A stretch of 64,000 nt of DNA from Callorhinchus milii (taxonomy: Eukaryota): the NCBI RefSeq assembly GCF_018977255.1, contig NW_024704742.1:93746001-93810000 (forward strand), written 5' to 3'. Positions within the stretch are counted from its first letter, which is position 1, and every line of letters starts with the position of its first letter. The translations under genes and the position numbers were made by a program. Positions 24,551-37,485 of this stretch are shown here, in pieces. Under the pieces are notes generated by a model. The model was not told the origin of the DNA. It ran no database searches and worked only from the letters and a program-made list of their open reading frames with translations.

Positions 24551-24815
24551 ATAATAATAATCCTTGCATTTGATTTATTGCCTTATCACTTTGTTGAAAC
24601 ATCTCAAAGAGTGAAGTGACCGTATATTTTGTGGGTGAAACAGGGCAGACAATTGCGCACAGCAATGGTGGACCAAGTGACCAAATTATTTATTTATTTA
24701 TTGATTTTTAAATTTAGTTATTTATTTTTGAAGAGATTATTACCCCCAGAAAGTGATCCACCAAATGACTCCTGCTAGGTAAACAGAGGCATGTGGAGTA
24801 AGGAAACTTGCCTGA
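24551..24815 (-). mobile_element. tRNA-Ala SINE, long form, partial
   Basis: CTGCTAGGTAAACAGAGGCATGTGGAGTAAGGAAACTTGCC and tail on the opposite strand. Confidence 0.82.
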
Positions 24816-25798
24816 GATTTCTCTATAACAGTAAGCATTGGACATTTTACATCACTGTATTAAAAAAAACTCCAGCATGAGTTGTGTTACGTGCCACTAT
24901 CCTTGACAAGTTTTTTTTGAAAACAACGTTAAGCTTAAATTAATTTCAAGGCTGTTTATGGGTGCTTTGTATAATGATGATCACCCCTGTCCACTAGGCT
25001 TTGCTTGAACTCTCACAGTTGAACAGATATTCATATGAAGTATATAAACAGACAAGTTTCCTTTCAAATCATAACCAATGTCAACATCCTTAATGTTAAT
25101 TTAATGTGTTTATAGCAATATGCCTTTTTAAAAGCTTTTATAATCAGCTCACTTATGTTTTATGATAAAATATGCAGAGTGCAGTTAGAAACAACACCCA
25201 TTTTGCAAAGTTCGCAACTGAATGCATCTTCTGTGCAGCAGCCTTTTTGCATGCTTGTCCATTGCTTGACTATTGCTAAAGATATTATCATAACACCCTG
25301 CATGGGTGGCAGAGTATAGACACTCTTCAAGGGACGGTGAGTAGGAATCCACAGGAACAATCCAGAATAGAGCGAAAAGGTTGAAAGATACACATACTGA
25401 CAGGTCTCCAAATAGATGGACGGGAGTACTAGCTCATGAACAAACAGCAGTTACAGACTATTTCTTGATGTTCCATAAAAGCAAGCGAAAAAGAAAAATG
25501 GAAGTCAGGAGATATACAAGAACGAAAGATTATCCACAAGGCTCTTTGTAACTATACCAGCTGCAGTCTTATAGTGGAAAGGTATTAATTTAAATGACAG
25601 GCAGGGACATTGATTTAAAGCAGGACTGTGTATTGTCAACTATTATGTTTGCCCTATGCCCTGTACATAAAGAACCTCGGAAAAGAACTGATAACACCAA
25701 GATAGGGATATACGTGGGTGATCTGAAAATACCAAAGCTGCTCTGTACCGATTGTTCAATAGCAATGCATTGCAGACAATGAAGCTGGACTACTGCGT

Positions 25799-25955
25799 AA
25801 TAATAATACTTCTTGCATTTGATATAACACCTTATCACGTCTGCAAGACATCTCAAAGCACTTCACAGAATTTATTGTAAAGTGAATTGACTATATATTT
25901 TGTGGGCGAATCGTGGCAACCAATTGCGCACAGCACTGTCCCACAAACAGTGGAT
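25799..25955 (-). mobile_element. SINE 3' fragment
   Basis: Reverse complement of family tail and body. Confidence 0.82.
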
Positions 25956-26328
25956 ACAAACACTGAGCTGCAGGACTCCACATAGTGTAGGAATGTGCAG
26001 TAATAATAACTGAAGAGAACTTCAGGAAGGTAAGGACAGAAGCCTTGATAAGAGTAAACTTTGTAAGATGGATTTGGGGCTTGAGGGAAAAGGAGATAAG
26101 TGGAATGAAGTGGATGCGGGAGCGAGAATACATCTGAATGGTTGGCTTGTTTGTAGGGAAATGCAGTGTTGGAGCAGGTGATAACCTGGGACTTGTGATT
26201 AGCCAGCTGTGATTTTCAGCTTAACGTTTGCAAGCTAGAAGTTGTGAACCAGAAGCTGTAATTAACTCAACAATTCAGATTTGTGAAACTTACAATACAA
26301 AGTTACAATACAATAACAAAATATTTGT

Positions 26329-26705
26329 GGAGTCTTGTAGCTTAGTAGTTAGTGCACTTGCCTTGCAAGCGAGAGGACCTGGGTTTGATTGCTGGACAGG
26401 GCGAAACATTAAGCAAATTTCCTTACTCCACATGCCTCTGTTTACCCAGTGATTAATAGGAATCTGATTGTTAGTCGATTGGTCGATCACTTTTCTGGGA
26501 GTAACAATCCCTTTAAAAAATATTTATATATATATTTTGTCACTCAATCCATGACTATTTGCAGAATACTGCTGTACGCAATTGACTGCCACATTTCGCC
26601 CACAAAATACACAGTCAATTCATTTTACAATAATATTCTGTGAAGCGCTTTGAGACGTTTCGAAGGCGTGATAAGGTGCTATATCAAATGCAAGGATTAT
26701 TATTA
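26329..26705 (+). mobile_element. tRNA-Ala SINE, long form, full length
   Basis: GGAGTCTTGTAGCTTAG head, CORE-like middle, Deu-like 3' body, (TTA)n tail. Confidence 0.9.
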
Positions 26706-26941
26706 AATTTAGATTTATATAGTGCCTTTCACATCGGGAGGACATCCCAAGTAGCTATATAAATGTAAATGTAATATAAATTGTCTGTCTTGGGAAGACA
26801 AGATTAGAACTCCCAAGAGTTGTAAATCAGACCCACAGAACATCCCTAGATACAGTATACGTATCAGTGTATTTGGATGCTCACTGTTTCAGAATTATCT
26901 GTTCATTGTTTCCAAAAGAATTACAATACACATTAATCTTT

Positions 26942-27262
26942 GGAGTCCTGTAGCTCAGTGGTAAGAGTACTCGCTTTGCAAGCGAGAGACCTGAGTTCAA
27001 TTCCAGGCAGGGCGAAACCTTGGGCAAGTTTCCTTACTCCACACACCTAATAATAATCCCTCCAAAAACAATAATAAATTGGTCATTTTCAATCTACGAC
27101 TGTTTGTGGGACACTGCTGTGCGCAATTAGCTGCCGCGTTCACCCACAAATATACAATCAATTCACTTTACAGTGTGTTCTGTGAAGCGCTTTGGGACGT
27201 CCTCCCGACGTGAAAAGCGCTATATCAAAGGCAAGGATGATTATTATTATTATTATTATTAT
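26942..27262 (+). mobile_element. tRNA-Ala SINE, short form, full length, young
   Basis: Box A TAGCTCAGTGG, loop CTTTGCAAG, box B GAGTTCAATTCC, intact stem-loop tail; TAATCT on both flanks is a possible TSD. Confidence 0.95.
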
Positions 27263-28214
27263 AATCTAGCAGGTCTGAGTCGGATTCCCATTTGGGCATC
27301 AGTGTGGAGAGAGAACAATGCAAATTCACAGGAATGATACTAGGGCTGAGGGGTTATAGTTACGGAATTATTTTTGCTGGAACAGAGATGATTAAGAAGG
27401 GATCTAATTGTCTTTTTCAAAATTATGAATAGTTGTGTTAAGGTAAATAGAGAAAGAGAGTAAATTAATCAGTAACATGATGGCATAAATTGAGGGCTCG
27501 CATCAGAAGAAAAAAAGGGGGAAATTGTGTGAATCCTTTTACAGCAAATGCCCCCCTTCTCAACTAGGACTTAGATACATTTCTTTCCACAAGGGTTCCT
27601 ATAGATAAATGCATAATTGAAGGCTGGAGATTACTTTTCATCTTTGACTACCAGAATCAGATTGATGTGGAGTAATTCCTATCAGGATATCATAAATTTC
27701 TTCCCTGTGGGATGATGACAGTTACAAAAAAATGCCTGTTCCTTTCACGCTGTACTACCAGGACTTTGCTGGGAAGATATTCACCATAATTGCGTGGACA
27801 CATACGTTTTATATCCCTTTCCTATGTGTTTGAAGAACATTAAACATCATCATAAGGCCCCATTCTTGTATGACCAATACCAGGCAATGAATAACTAGTC
27901 CAGTCTTTCCTTGTTTATCTTTCAGCTGAACCATGGCCCACTCCCACATTTTTATGTATTAGTTTAGTTTTTCCATTGTCTTATCCCAAATCTCCTGTCA
28001 TTACTATGATGATGCTGCCACCCACTTGCCTTCCTTCGTAAAATTATTTCTCTCTGTTCAAAAGAGTAAAATTCTGATTATTTCCATGGTATTGTCATAC
28101 ATTCATGTTCCTTAATAAACCAAATGTTTTAATTTGGATTTTTCTATATGTCAATGTAAATGTTTTTAAGTGCTGCTGTAGAAGATGAGGAAACCAGCTA
28201 AAACCACATAGCTT

Positions 28215-28477
28215 AACAACAACAACAACAACAACAAGATTCCATTTATAAAGCGCCTTTCACGTCAGGAGGACGTCCCAAGGCGCTGCACAGTTGGGTC
28301 ATGACCCGAGCATCGGGGAAATGGTCAGGGTGAGGGGAGGGAAGGGAGGGAGCGAGGAGGGGGGAAATGGTCAGGGTGAGGGGAGGGAGCGAGGGAGCGA
28401 GGAGGGGGAAGAGAGTCGAGAGGGGAGCTGAAGGCTCGGTCAAAGAGAAAGGTTTTGAGACCGGCCTTGAAGGAGCT
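28215..28477 (-). mobile_element. Young L2 LINE 3' end with internal tandem duplication
   Basis: (CAA)n tail; minus strand gives SSFKAGLKTFLFDRAF; nearly identical to 51991-52216. Confidence 0.92.
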
Positions 28478-30035
28478 TAAACCACTATTGAAAGCACTGT
28501 CTGGCAAACTTTCCTGCTGCTTGTTCAGCAAAGACCACCCTACATTACCCTGCTTTGGCTTGTACTGTAAATAGGAGCTGAGTGGGAAGAAGAGAGGTGG
28601 TGGAATGTGTGTATTGCTTTACTGACATTGATAAATGTAAAACATTACCTTTTTATGACAGTAGCATATGACTCCTACTGGCATTTCTCTTTTTATGAAG
28701 CACATCTTGAAGAATTAAAGAAGCATGTCAAAATACATTTATGTATTAGCAAGTGGTCCACCTCATACCCCCAAAATAGTATTGTCCTTGGACATTCTGT
28801 GCTATATGCTTGATGAGCGAAATGCTAATGTCAGGTAAACAGACTGAAGGATTGTCTTTGGATCAAAGAGAAAATAATTTGCTTTAGGGAGGAAGAGCAG
28901 TGACAGGGGATTTGAAATAAGGCAAAGGGTTAAATAAACCAACACAGAAGGATGGTAAGCACCATAATTCAACAGAGAAACTCTGGACTTATCCTACAAT
29001 GCAAGAACCAGAAGTTATAAGTAAAGCCCTGAGATTATAATAACAATCGACCTGTACGTAATTGCAACTTTGGATCTGTGGAATTCATGGCAGAAGTTGC
29101 AATAACAGGAATTACTTGGGAAGCACTTAGATTTTTGAACTTGAACAAACATGTGCTGTCCAATAGAAATGTCGTAGAACTTAAAGATTAACTAGTCTTT
29201 CCTAACAAATCTGTATCTGCAATATCCAACAGTGGGGATCAAATGGCTGAGTTGTCAAGACTCCTGAAATCCAGGCTCCTGCATAGTTCTTCCTACCTTA
29301 TGAGATTCAGCCTCCCCTACATATATTCTACTTGTTTCCCTTTGACGATGGCATTACTTGGAAAATATTCAGCAACCCTTCCAACTTCTACATGGGCAAT
29401 ATTAAAATAGCCCAAATAGCCCAAGTGACCATTTCTCATGTGTGTTCTTACTGCATATCAATAGGTGATTGGATGTGAGAAGAATGAGGAAACAACTGCC
29501 TCCAAACCCATTCTCACGCAATGTCCACACATTGGTCACTAGACAGTGATCAGGAGTACCAACCCTGGCTGATTTTGACCATGTTAAGCGCAGGGACATT
29601 GAGACCAACTATGTTTCCCCTGTCATATCCTCTCTATGGCTGTCCACTATTTTTTCACCATCATTATCAAAGAACCATGATTTTTTTCTAAAGTTGCAGA
29701 AAGAGTTATATAATGAAACAAAGGAATGAAGAATATTTTGATGAAGGAGAAATAGATATTATTTTTATTGTTTCTAATTGAGTCCCACCCTCAAATATTC
29801 TTGTACGGTAAGCAAAAGGTTCAAATATACTGCAATAAGCCTTTTGACTCTTCTGAATAATTCTTTGCAGGTCAAGATATTGATGAAGATGTAGATGCAG
29901 AAGTGATTGGGACAGTTAACAGTAGATGGACAGACACTTGGGAAGCAAGGTTATTAAGTAATATGAACAAAGGTGGAGAAACAGAATTAAAAGATCTGCC
30001 AAGATTTAGTAAAATGACAGAACAGATCTAATACT

Positions 30036-30353
30036 ATAATAATAATAATAATCCTTGCATTTGATATAGTCCTTTTCACGTCGGGAGGAACGTCCCAAAG
30101 CGCTTCACAGAACACACTGTAAAGTGAATTGACTGTATATTTGTGGGCGAACGCGGCAGCCAATTGCGCAAAGCAGTGTCCCACAAACAGTCGTAGATTG
30201 AAAATGACCAATTTATTATTGTTTTGGGTTTTGGAGGGATTATTATTAGGTGTGTGGAGTAAGGAAACTTGCCCAAGGTTTTGCCCTGCCTGGAATTGAA
30301 CTCAGGTCTCTCACTTGCAAAGCGAGTGCTCTAACCACTGAGCTACACGACTC
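30036..30353 (-). mobile_element. tRNA-Ala SINE, short form, full length, young
   Basis: Reverse complement of the family; about 98% identical to 62522-62838. Confidence 0.95.
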
Positions 30354-32981
30354 TGATGTTCCTATGATTCAATGTTAGAAATACTTTGGTACATTTGAAA
30401 CAGATATATAGTATAAACATCCTCCTCCTACACAAGGGCCTGCATTAACACACATTGATTTGTAAATGTAGTTTCAGAACATAAGTTATCTTAATTGTGA
30501 TTACAATTCACATTACATTGTGATAAATGTAAATATTATCTGTCAGACTCTATCCAGAAAGTTTTCTTTACATCAAAGTGATGGGGTAAAACAATAATAT
30601 ATTTACTTAAATTTGGAATATTTGAAGTCTTACATCTCACTTAATGTATAATTTACTGTATCATTTAGCACTTAGTTCCATAACTTCAAAAGCCTGAACA
30701 AGTGACCTCCCAAATGAAACTGGATTGTTCTCTAAGTGTTATCTGATTTACGAGTATTTGCCAGACATTACTTTGTTTCTATCTGGGCAGACCCTTCATT
30801 GGCAAAGCTGAACACTATGTTAGGCCCATGGATGGAAAACCCATTAATGTTCTTGTGTCTTTTGTTTACGTTTCAGCAGAGCTAAGATGAGGTCAATTAT
30901 ATTGAAGTAAACACACTGAGGTACCATGCTGGTGACTCTTTCATGTTCTGAAATTCTACCTGTCCCAAGAGGTTGTAGTGACTATCTGATACTGTGCAGG
31001 TGAACACTTGCCACAAATGATTACAAATTCTGCTTGCTCGTGACAATTTTCTTGGCCAGCAATTTTCAATCCAATGAATTCTGTATATTGAAGACACACT
31101 ATGCAGTTATCACTAGCAGTGAGTCTGTTTTCCGCACCACATGGTCCATCTTTCCCCCTATTGGTTAATAACCAAATATATTTTCTCAGGTGTTGTGCTA
31201 CCTTTCAAGCCAGACATATACGGTAAGGGAGACCGGAAAGTCTTTCCAAGTCCAACTGCTGTATTAGCTGGGGCTAGGTTATGATAAGGTACATTTTCCT
31301 TGTTGCAATCTCCTACCCATTCACCTACTGACCTTTTGAAAGCAAGGCAATAACTCTTCCCTCCTGAAAGTAAAACTCTTGCAAATATGAAATTAAATCC
31401 CAATCTCCAATTACTTTAATTCCAATAGTGCCTTGACTGTGCCTTTAAAGGAAAATCAATTGAAAACCAATCTTTAACTTCATTATCCTGATATGTCACC
31501 AAAGTTAGACTTTGAAGACTTTCATTTTTTATTAATAAAACAAGTCAAATCTCGGTGTCTAATGTGCAGTATTTCTCGGATTCCTTATTCAAGAATTGGG
31601 CAAAAAGCAGGCTCCTTCCTGTAACTTGAAGTATCTCATGTTGACCTGTGGAAGAACTTGGCTCCATGATCTCCTGCAGTTCTCCCAGGTTGGCAGGAGT
31701 TCAATCAGGATTCCTTACTTAGAAATACCACAAAATTAGACCTTCATATGGTGAAGGAATGAATTGTAACTAGAATGTACAGCACCATGTTAATAGGCAG
31801 TGGAGGTTTTTGTTCCCAAGCCACTGGGTTTGGAGGTCGGTCACAACGCTTGGAGAAATTGTGAATGGAGGGTTGGGACTTCATGTAGCATGAGAGAAAT
31901 TTGAAACGAGGGATGACATCTCCTGATGGTAGATGAACCATGATGCTGGCACACATCTGGGAACAGGCTGTTTGTTGCTCTGCTTGGCTATAAAAATGAT
32001 GTGATAGTTTTGGATAGTTTTGCAGAATGTGCCAGAAATCCCACTAAAAATCGAGAGAGCTCGGAAGAAGCTAGCAGGTGAAAGATGTGATTTTTATAGC
32101 AGATCCAATATAATAATTATCAAACAAAATCTGTAATGAAAGATCGTACAGTGCACTCACAAAAAATTAGGCAAAACATGTACGTGTCTTGTTATCATGT
32201 CAAAACAAAATGGTGTACCAAAGAAGTACAACCCAGGAGCAAATATGGTGGAATCAAATGCTGAACATGTCTCTCACCTGTACTGAAACAATATTCTAAC
32301 ATGCAGTCTAACTAACAATTTATTCAAGTTTAGCATTACCTCTTTGCTATTATATTCTATCCTCCTATTTATAAACCTAAGATTCCATTAGCCTTTTTGA
32401 TAGTTTTGGGAAGCTTTGGAATCCATTAAGGAATAGTTTCAATCTTGAGTTTATTTTTCTAGCAATTGCAATGATGAAAATGTTAATATCCTAATTAGTT
32501 AATGCTCTCTTCTTTATCAGTTTCCTATCCATCTGTACACCATATACATATGGCAAAGTAATTCACATCAGTCAGAAACTCTGATAATTATACCTGATCA
32601 ATGACTTGTTGGTCGACTTATTTATTTTTACGCTGATGATAAATTGTGAGTTGTACGGACAGTTTGATGCTTTGAGTTCACCTGGACTGGAAATTGAATT
32701 GAAAATACTGTACCTATCGACTTGTTTCACTTGGATCATTTGACAACTACTAAAGAAAGATTTTTACCTTTGATTGAGGGACCACAATCGCCATATGTGG
32801 AGCTAGTGTCAAACTTATATCTATTTTGTGTATTAATGAGACACAGAAAACAAAGTGCATGACAACTTGTTTATTTTAATGATCTTCCCTGATTCATTAA
32901 GATGAACATAATTCATAATTGAGTGGCATTTTTAATTCTCAGGAAATGTTTTCCTCTTTAGGAAAAGTGGTTAGTGGTTAG

Positions 32982-33284
32982 AGTGGTTAGAGCACTCGCT
33001 TTGCAAGTGAGAGACCTGAGTTCAATTCCAGGCAGGGCGAAACCTTGGGCAAGTTTCCTTACTCCACACGCCTAATAATAATCCCTCCAAAAAACCAAAA
33101 ACAATAATTAAATTGGTCATTTTCAATCTACGACTGTTTGTGGGACATTGCTGTGCGCAATTGGCTGCCGCGTTCGCCCACAAATATACAGTCAATTCAC
33201 TTTACAGTGTGTTCTGTGAAGCGCTTTGGGACGTCCTCCCGACGTGAAAAGCGCTATATCAAATGCAAGGATTATTATTATTAT
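32982..33284 (+). mobile_element. tRNA-Ala SINE, short form, young
   Basis: Family body with CpGs retained; 5' end truncated in box A with AGTGGTT reiterated three times. Confidence 0.95.
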
Positions 33285-34829
33285 TTTTATCCTGGAGGGA
33301 ATGGAGTCTTTGCTGAGGTACAGTTCAATTGGTGGAGGCCACCCTCCAGCACTTTCTCAAGTAGCCAGTATTTAATGTGTGAATCTAACCAGTCAGTGCT
33401 GGCAGGCTATTCAACTGTGGAGACCATTACAGTTGTGCCTGATCATATCCTGGTCAGAGGCTAAAAATTCCACCTAATCTTAACCTGGTGCAGGTTAAGA
33501 TTAGGATAAAAAATTGGATAAAACTCTCAAATTCAGTCCTAATCTGACTCATTTTAGGAACTGCAGAAAAACGGCTTTGACTAAGAATTGGTGGAATCTC
33601 AATTCTCAGCTATCTACACATGTGTACTTTTTAGTTGGAGTCAGGAATGGTGTCTGGATTTTCCTGTCCCTAGCCCAGGAGCACCGAGGCCAATTTTAGA
33701 ACCCCTACTGCTTCTGCAGCTAAAATCAGCTAATTCAACACAAACTGAGGATGGAACTTGGGAGGTTTAGTTTGTTTGGCTCAGTTCCACAATAAATAAA
33801 TACATTTGTTGGGAATCTGACCTCTCAATTTGGAAAGTTTAATGAAATTGAACATGCAGAATGTGCCAGAAATCCCACTAAAATCAGTGTCATTTGAAGG
33901 TGCACTCCCATTGTCAGGGCTCTCCGCTTAACTAGTTCCACCTTACTTTCTGGTCTGCGTTTTTTAACCTGTGAAGATACTGAAAAACTATTTTGCTGTT
34001 TTATATAGTGTCTCTAAACAATGTCAATTTTATGCAGACATATAATCAGTCTTGGGTTACAAAAAAGTTCCTCTTTACAGGATTCATGGCCTCGCTCCAC
34101 GATTTATTTAAACTCAATTACAAGATATGGATTGGAAATATTTACCCTCATGCCCTTTCTCTATTTTAAGGAAATTAAAATCAATTAAAATAAATATATT
34201 TCTCAAGTCCTTTTTTTCTGTTGCAATCTTTTCCTTTCCACTGATCTAAAAGGTTTCAAAGATAAGTGAAATCAAAAGTTTCCCTGGAGCTACTGGTAAC
34301 CCAGGTGGCTGCTCTTACACATCATCCAAGAGCATGAACGTGAACTCTCTCTCTCTCTCTAATTAATAGCTCACCCCTCATTACCTTTGCAATCTCCTCC
34401 AGCCCTATTCTCCTGCAATGCCCATCACTATTCCTGGTCTGCTGCTTATTCCTCACTCCTCTGTCCCACCATTAGTGGCCAACCATTCACTTTATCGAAC
34501 TCTCTTCCAAATCCTTTTTATGTTTTCTCTCCTCCCTGCCTTCAAACTCCTTTAAAACTTTGCTTGACAGTTACTTTTTTTCTCAAATTCCCTCTCATTT
34601 CTTCCCTGCTTGGTGATCCATTCATTCTGCTGTATGAAGCATATGAGATGTTCATTTTACCCAAAAGGCACTTATATAAGTGAAAGTTTTGGTCTATTCC
34701 TGAGAAGCTATTTTCTGTGTCGTGCATTGCATTCCATAACCATCTAACAGCATCAGTTTGACTGAAAAGCCACCCTTGCTTAACTGCTCCTTTAGCCTTT
34801 ATGTTAATGTTAGACAGTACTTCCATGAA

Positions 34830-35270
34830 CTTGCATAGAGTGTTACAGCACCAAAACTAGCCATTCAACCTAACAGGTCCAGGACAGTTTTTAAACTCCA
34901 CATCAGCCTCCACTCAACCTAATCCGCTCTCCTGGTTCCTCTCCTATATCCTTCTATTCCATTCTCTCCCATGTATGAATCAAGTTTCTCTTTAAATATA
35001 CTGAAGCTTTTTGCTTCAACCATAGATTGTGGCAGTGAGTTCCACATTCATACCGTCCTCTGTATAAAGAAATTCCTCCTAAACTCCCTTTTAGATCTGG
35101 TCCTGGCTATCTGCTTGATAGGGACCCTCCAACAACTGAAAACAACCTATTTTTGTTCAACATATTGAACTCTCTGATAATTTTAAACACCTCCATCAAA
35201 TCTACTCTCAAACATTTCATCTGCAGACAAAAAAAAATCTCTAACCATCAAGTCTTTCTTCACAGTTGAC
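34830..35270 (-). mobile_element. CR1 LINE 3' end, decayed
   Basis: TTTGCTTCAACCA..GTGGCAGTGAGTTCCACATTC..CTCTGTATAAAGAAATTCCTCCT, typical antisense CR1 3' region. Confidence 0.75.
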
Positions 35271-35349
35271 TTCATGAGCCACATTTAATATGATATTGGA
35301 ATCTATTGTGGTTACACCTCTTTTCCTAGGGGGAAAAAATTAATTTCAG

Positions 35350-35472
35350 GAGCTAAATTCAGAATCGATTACAAATGTACAAATGTAATATGGAACAATC
35401 TGAGAACTTTACTTACTTTACCAGCCTCACATTGGGTTGAAGTTAGAAGTGGATGGCCACAAGATTTAAAGT
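35350..35472. repeat. 123-bp direct repeat, copy 1
   Basis: Three mismatches versus 36990-37112. Confidence 0.95.
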
Positions 35473-36989
35473 GTGAGAAGTAGAGTTATCTGAAATTGAT
35501 TGTGCACTTGTGTAGCCAAATACATGTATGAGAGAAGAGGGACAGAAATAGTGAAAATAAGATATGGAGAAAGTCAACGTCTCTGGAATTAGCGGATATG
35601 ACAAGGTAGCAGGACAAGAGGACACCAGTTCAGGGTTTGTGAAGAGCAAATTCAAGTCACCCATTTCAAAGTATTTATCTATATGAATGGTAATCAACAG
35701 TTAGAATGGCTTACCAAGATGGGTAATAGAGACTTGGACACTGAGCTCCAATGGCAAGATAAAAGGGTTGGTATTCTGGAATGCCAAGATCCGATAGGCC
35801 ACACGCTTTCTTCACCTGTACCTCTTTTGTGATCCAGGAACCACTCAGTATAGCAGAGAGAATCTGAAATCTGAGGTCTGAAGTCCTGCCTGACCTTTGC
35901 CCTTAACTTGAAATTTAAAGTCACTCACTATTGTGGAAAGTTCGTAAATAAACTCAGTCTTAATATATAAGGTAATTATTTGCAGATATTAAAAAGAATT
36001 GTCTTCCAAATTAAAATTGAATTTGAAATTTCAAATTAAATTTAATTTGGAAGGTCTCATGGCTAAGACTAGATGAGACTTCAGATCTTCGGAGAGAGGA
36101 ATGAAAGAAATAAATGCATCAATAAAAGGAGACCCGTACTGTAGTAATTTGAGTGAAAGAAACCGGGAATGAGACAGAAGTTGTAAAAGCCTTGAATGAA
36201 CTCTAATGTGTCAGAAAATCTATAACAGGAAAGGTAAGTAATAGCAGGATAGCATCTGAAAACAAGCAGCTGGTGCCAGACTGAATAATGTAAAGTTTAG
36301 AGAGCTGCTGCTGAGTCAGATAGTCTGTGCTGATCTGGATAAGAGCAATTCCAGTTATAGGAGTGAAACACAATGAAAACTGTTGTGACAGCAAAACACA
36401 CAAAGCACTGCACATGGGCCTTCTACTTACACTACATAGGTGATATGTGCGCAGTCACAGTAATAAACCAGAATTTATGCTTAGAATCTGCATTGCATCC
36501 TTTCATTTCAAGGACATTTTACCAACAGGCAGCAATATTTAATAATGAATATGTTTAATAATACGCAAAATGCATCTGACTCAACAGAGTTGACAAATGA
36601 AGAATTTATTTCATGAAAATCAGTCGTTGTGCTCTTGAATCTCTGTGAACTTGACGTAGCACAGCTGGATTCACAGACTTTCCACTGAATTGGATCATTA
36701 AGATACTTTATCAGCGTGAAATTCTCAGTGTTGCAGATGTCACCTCACTGGCTTTTATCAACTTGTGAAGGCGAACAAAATCACTTTTGTCTCGATTCAC
36801 ACCAGTCTTCCAGTTTCACAGGCAAACCTCAAGCCCCATTTTATCCGACAGAGGAATGTTGGACCTCTAATAAGGACAGGATCGAGCTTAGCTCTCATTG
36901 GATCCAGGCTTGAGTCACCTGTGGACTCTCAGTGCCCAGTAAATGCCCACTCATGCATTACTAAGTGGCAGCTTGAACAAAGTATCAGA

Positions 36990-37112
36990 GAGCTAAATTC
37001 AGAATCGATTACAAATGTACAAATGTAATATGGAACAATCTGAGAACTTTACATACTTTACCAGCCTCACATTGGGTTGAAGTTAAAAGTGGATGGCCAC
37101 AAAATTTAAAGT
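36990..37112. repeat. 123-bp direct repeat, copy 2
   Basis: Three mismatches versus 35350-35472. Confidence 0.95.
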
Positions 37113-37180
37113 TACTTGTGGTGTTATATCAAGCATTAGTCACTACTTTCAGGGGCACTGAGAAGGCGAGAATATAGATA

Positions 37181-37485
37181 AATAATCCTTTCATTTGATA
37201 TAGCATTTTTCATGTCTTCTAGACGTCTCAAAGTGCTTCACAGAATATACTACAAAGTGAATTGACTATATTTGTGGGCGAAACACGGCAGCCAATTGCG
37301 CACAGCAGTGTCCCACAAATAGTCGTGGATCGAAAATAACCAATTTATTCTTGTTTTTTCTCTTGATGGATTATTATCAGGCATGTGGATTAAGGAAACT
37401 TGCCCAAGGTTTCGCCCTGCCGGGAATCAAAACCAGATCTCTCACTTGCAAGGTGAGCGCTCTAAGCACTGAGCTGTAGGACTCC
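37181..37485 (-). mobile_element. tRNA-Ala SINE, short form
   Basis: Complete from head to tail on the minus strand. Confidence 0.92.

Noticed and set aside
26942..27015. Functional tRNA-Ala(TGC) gene
   Set aside because: No matching acceptor stem; continues into the SINE body, as in every copy.
30410..30430. miR-30-like TATAAACATCCTC
   Set aside because: Seed mismatch and no hairpin.
31158..31403. Minus-strand ORF with a KEN box
   Set aside because: No convincing splice acceptor and no recognisable homology.
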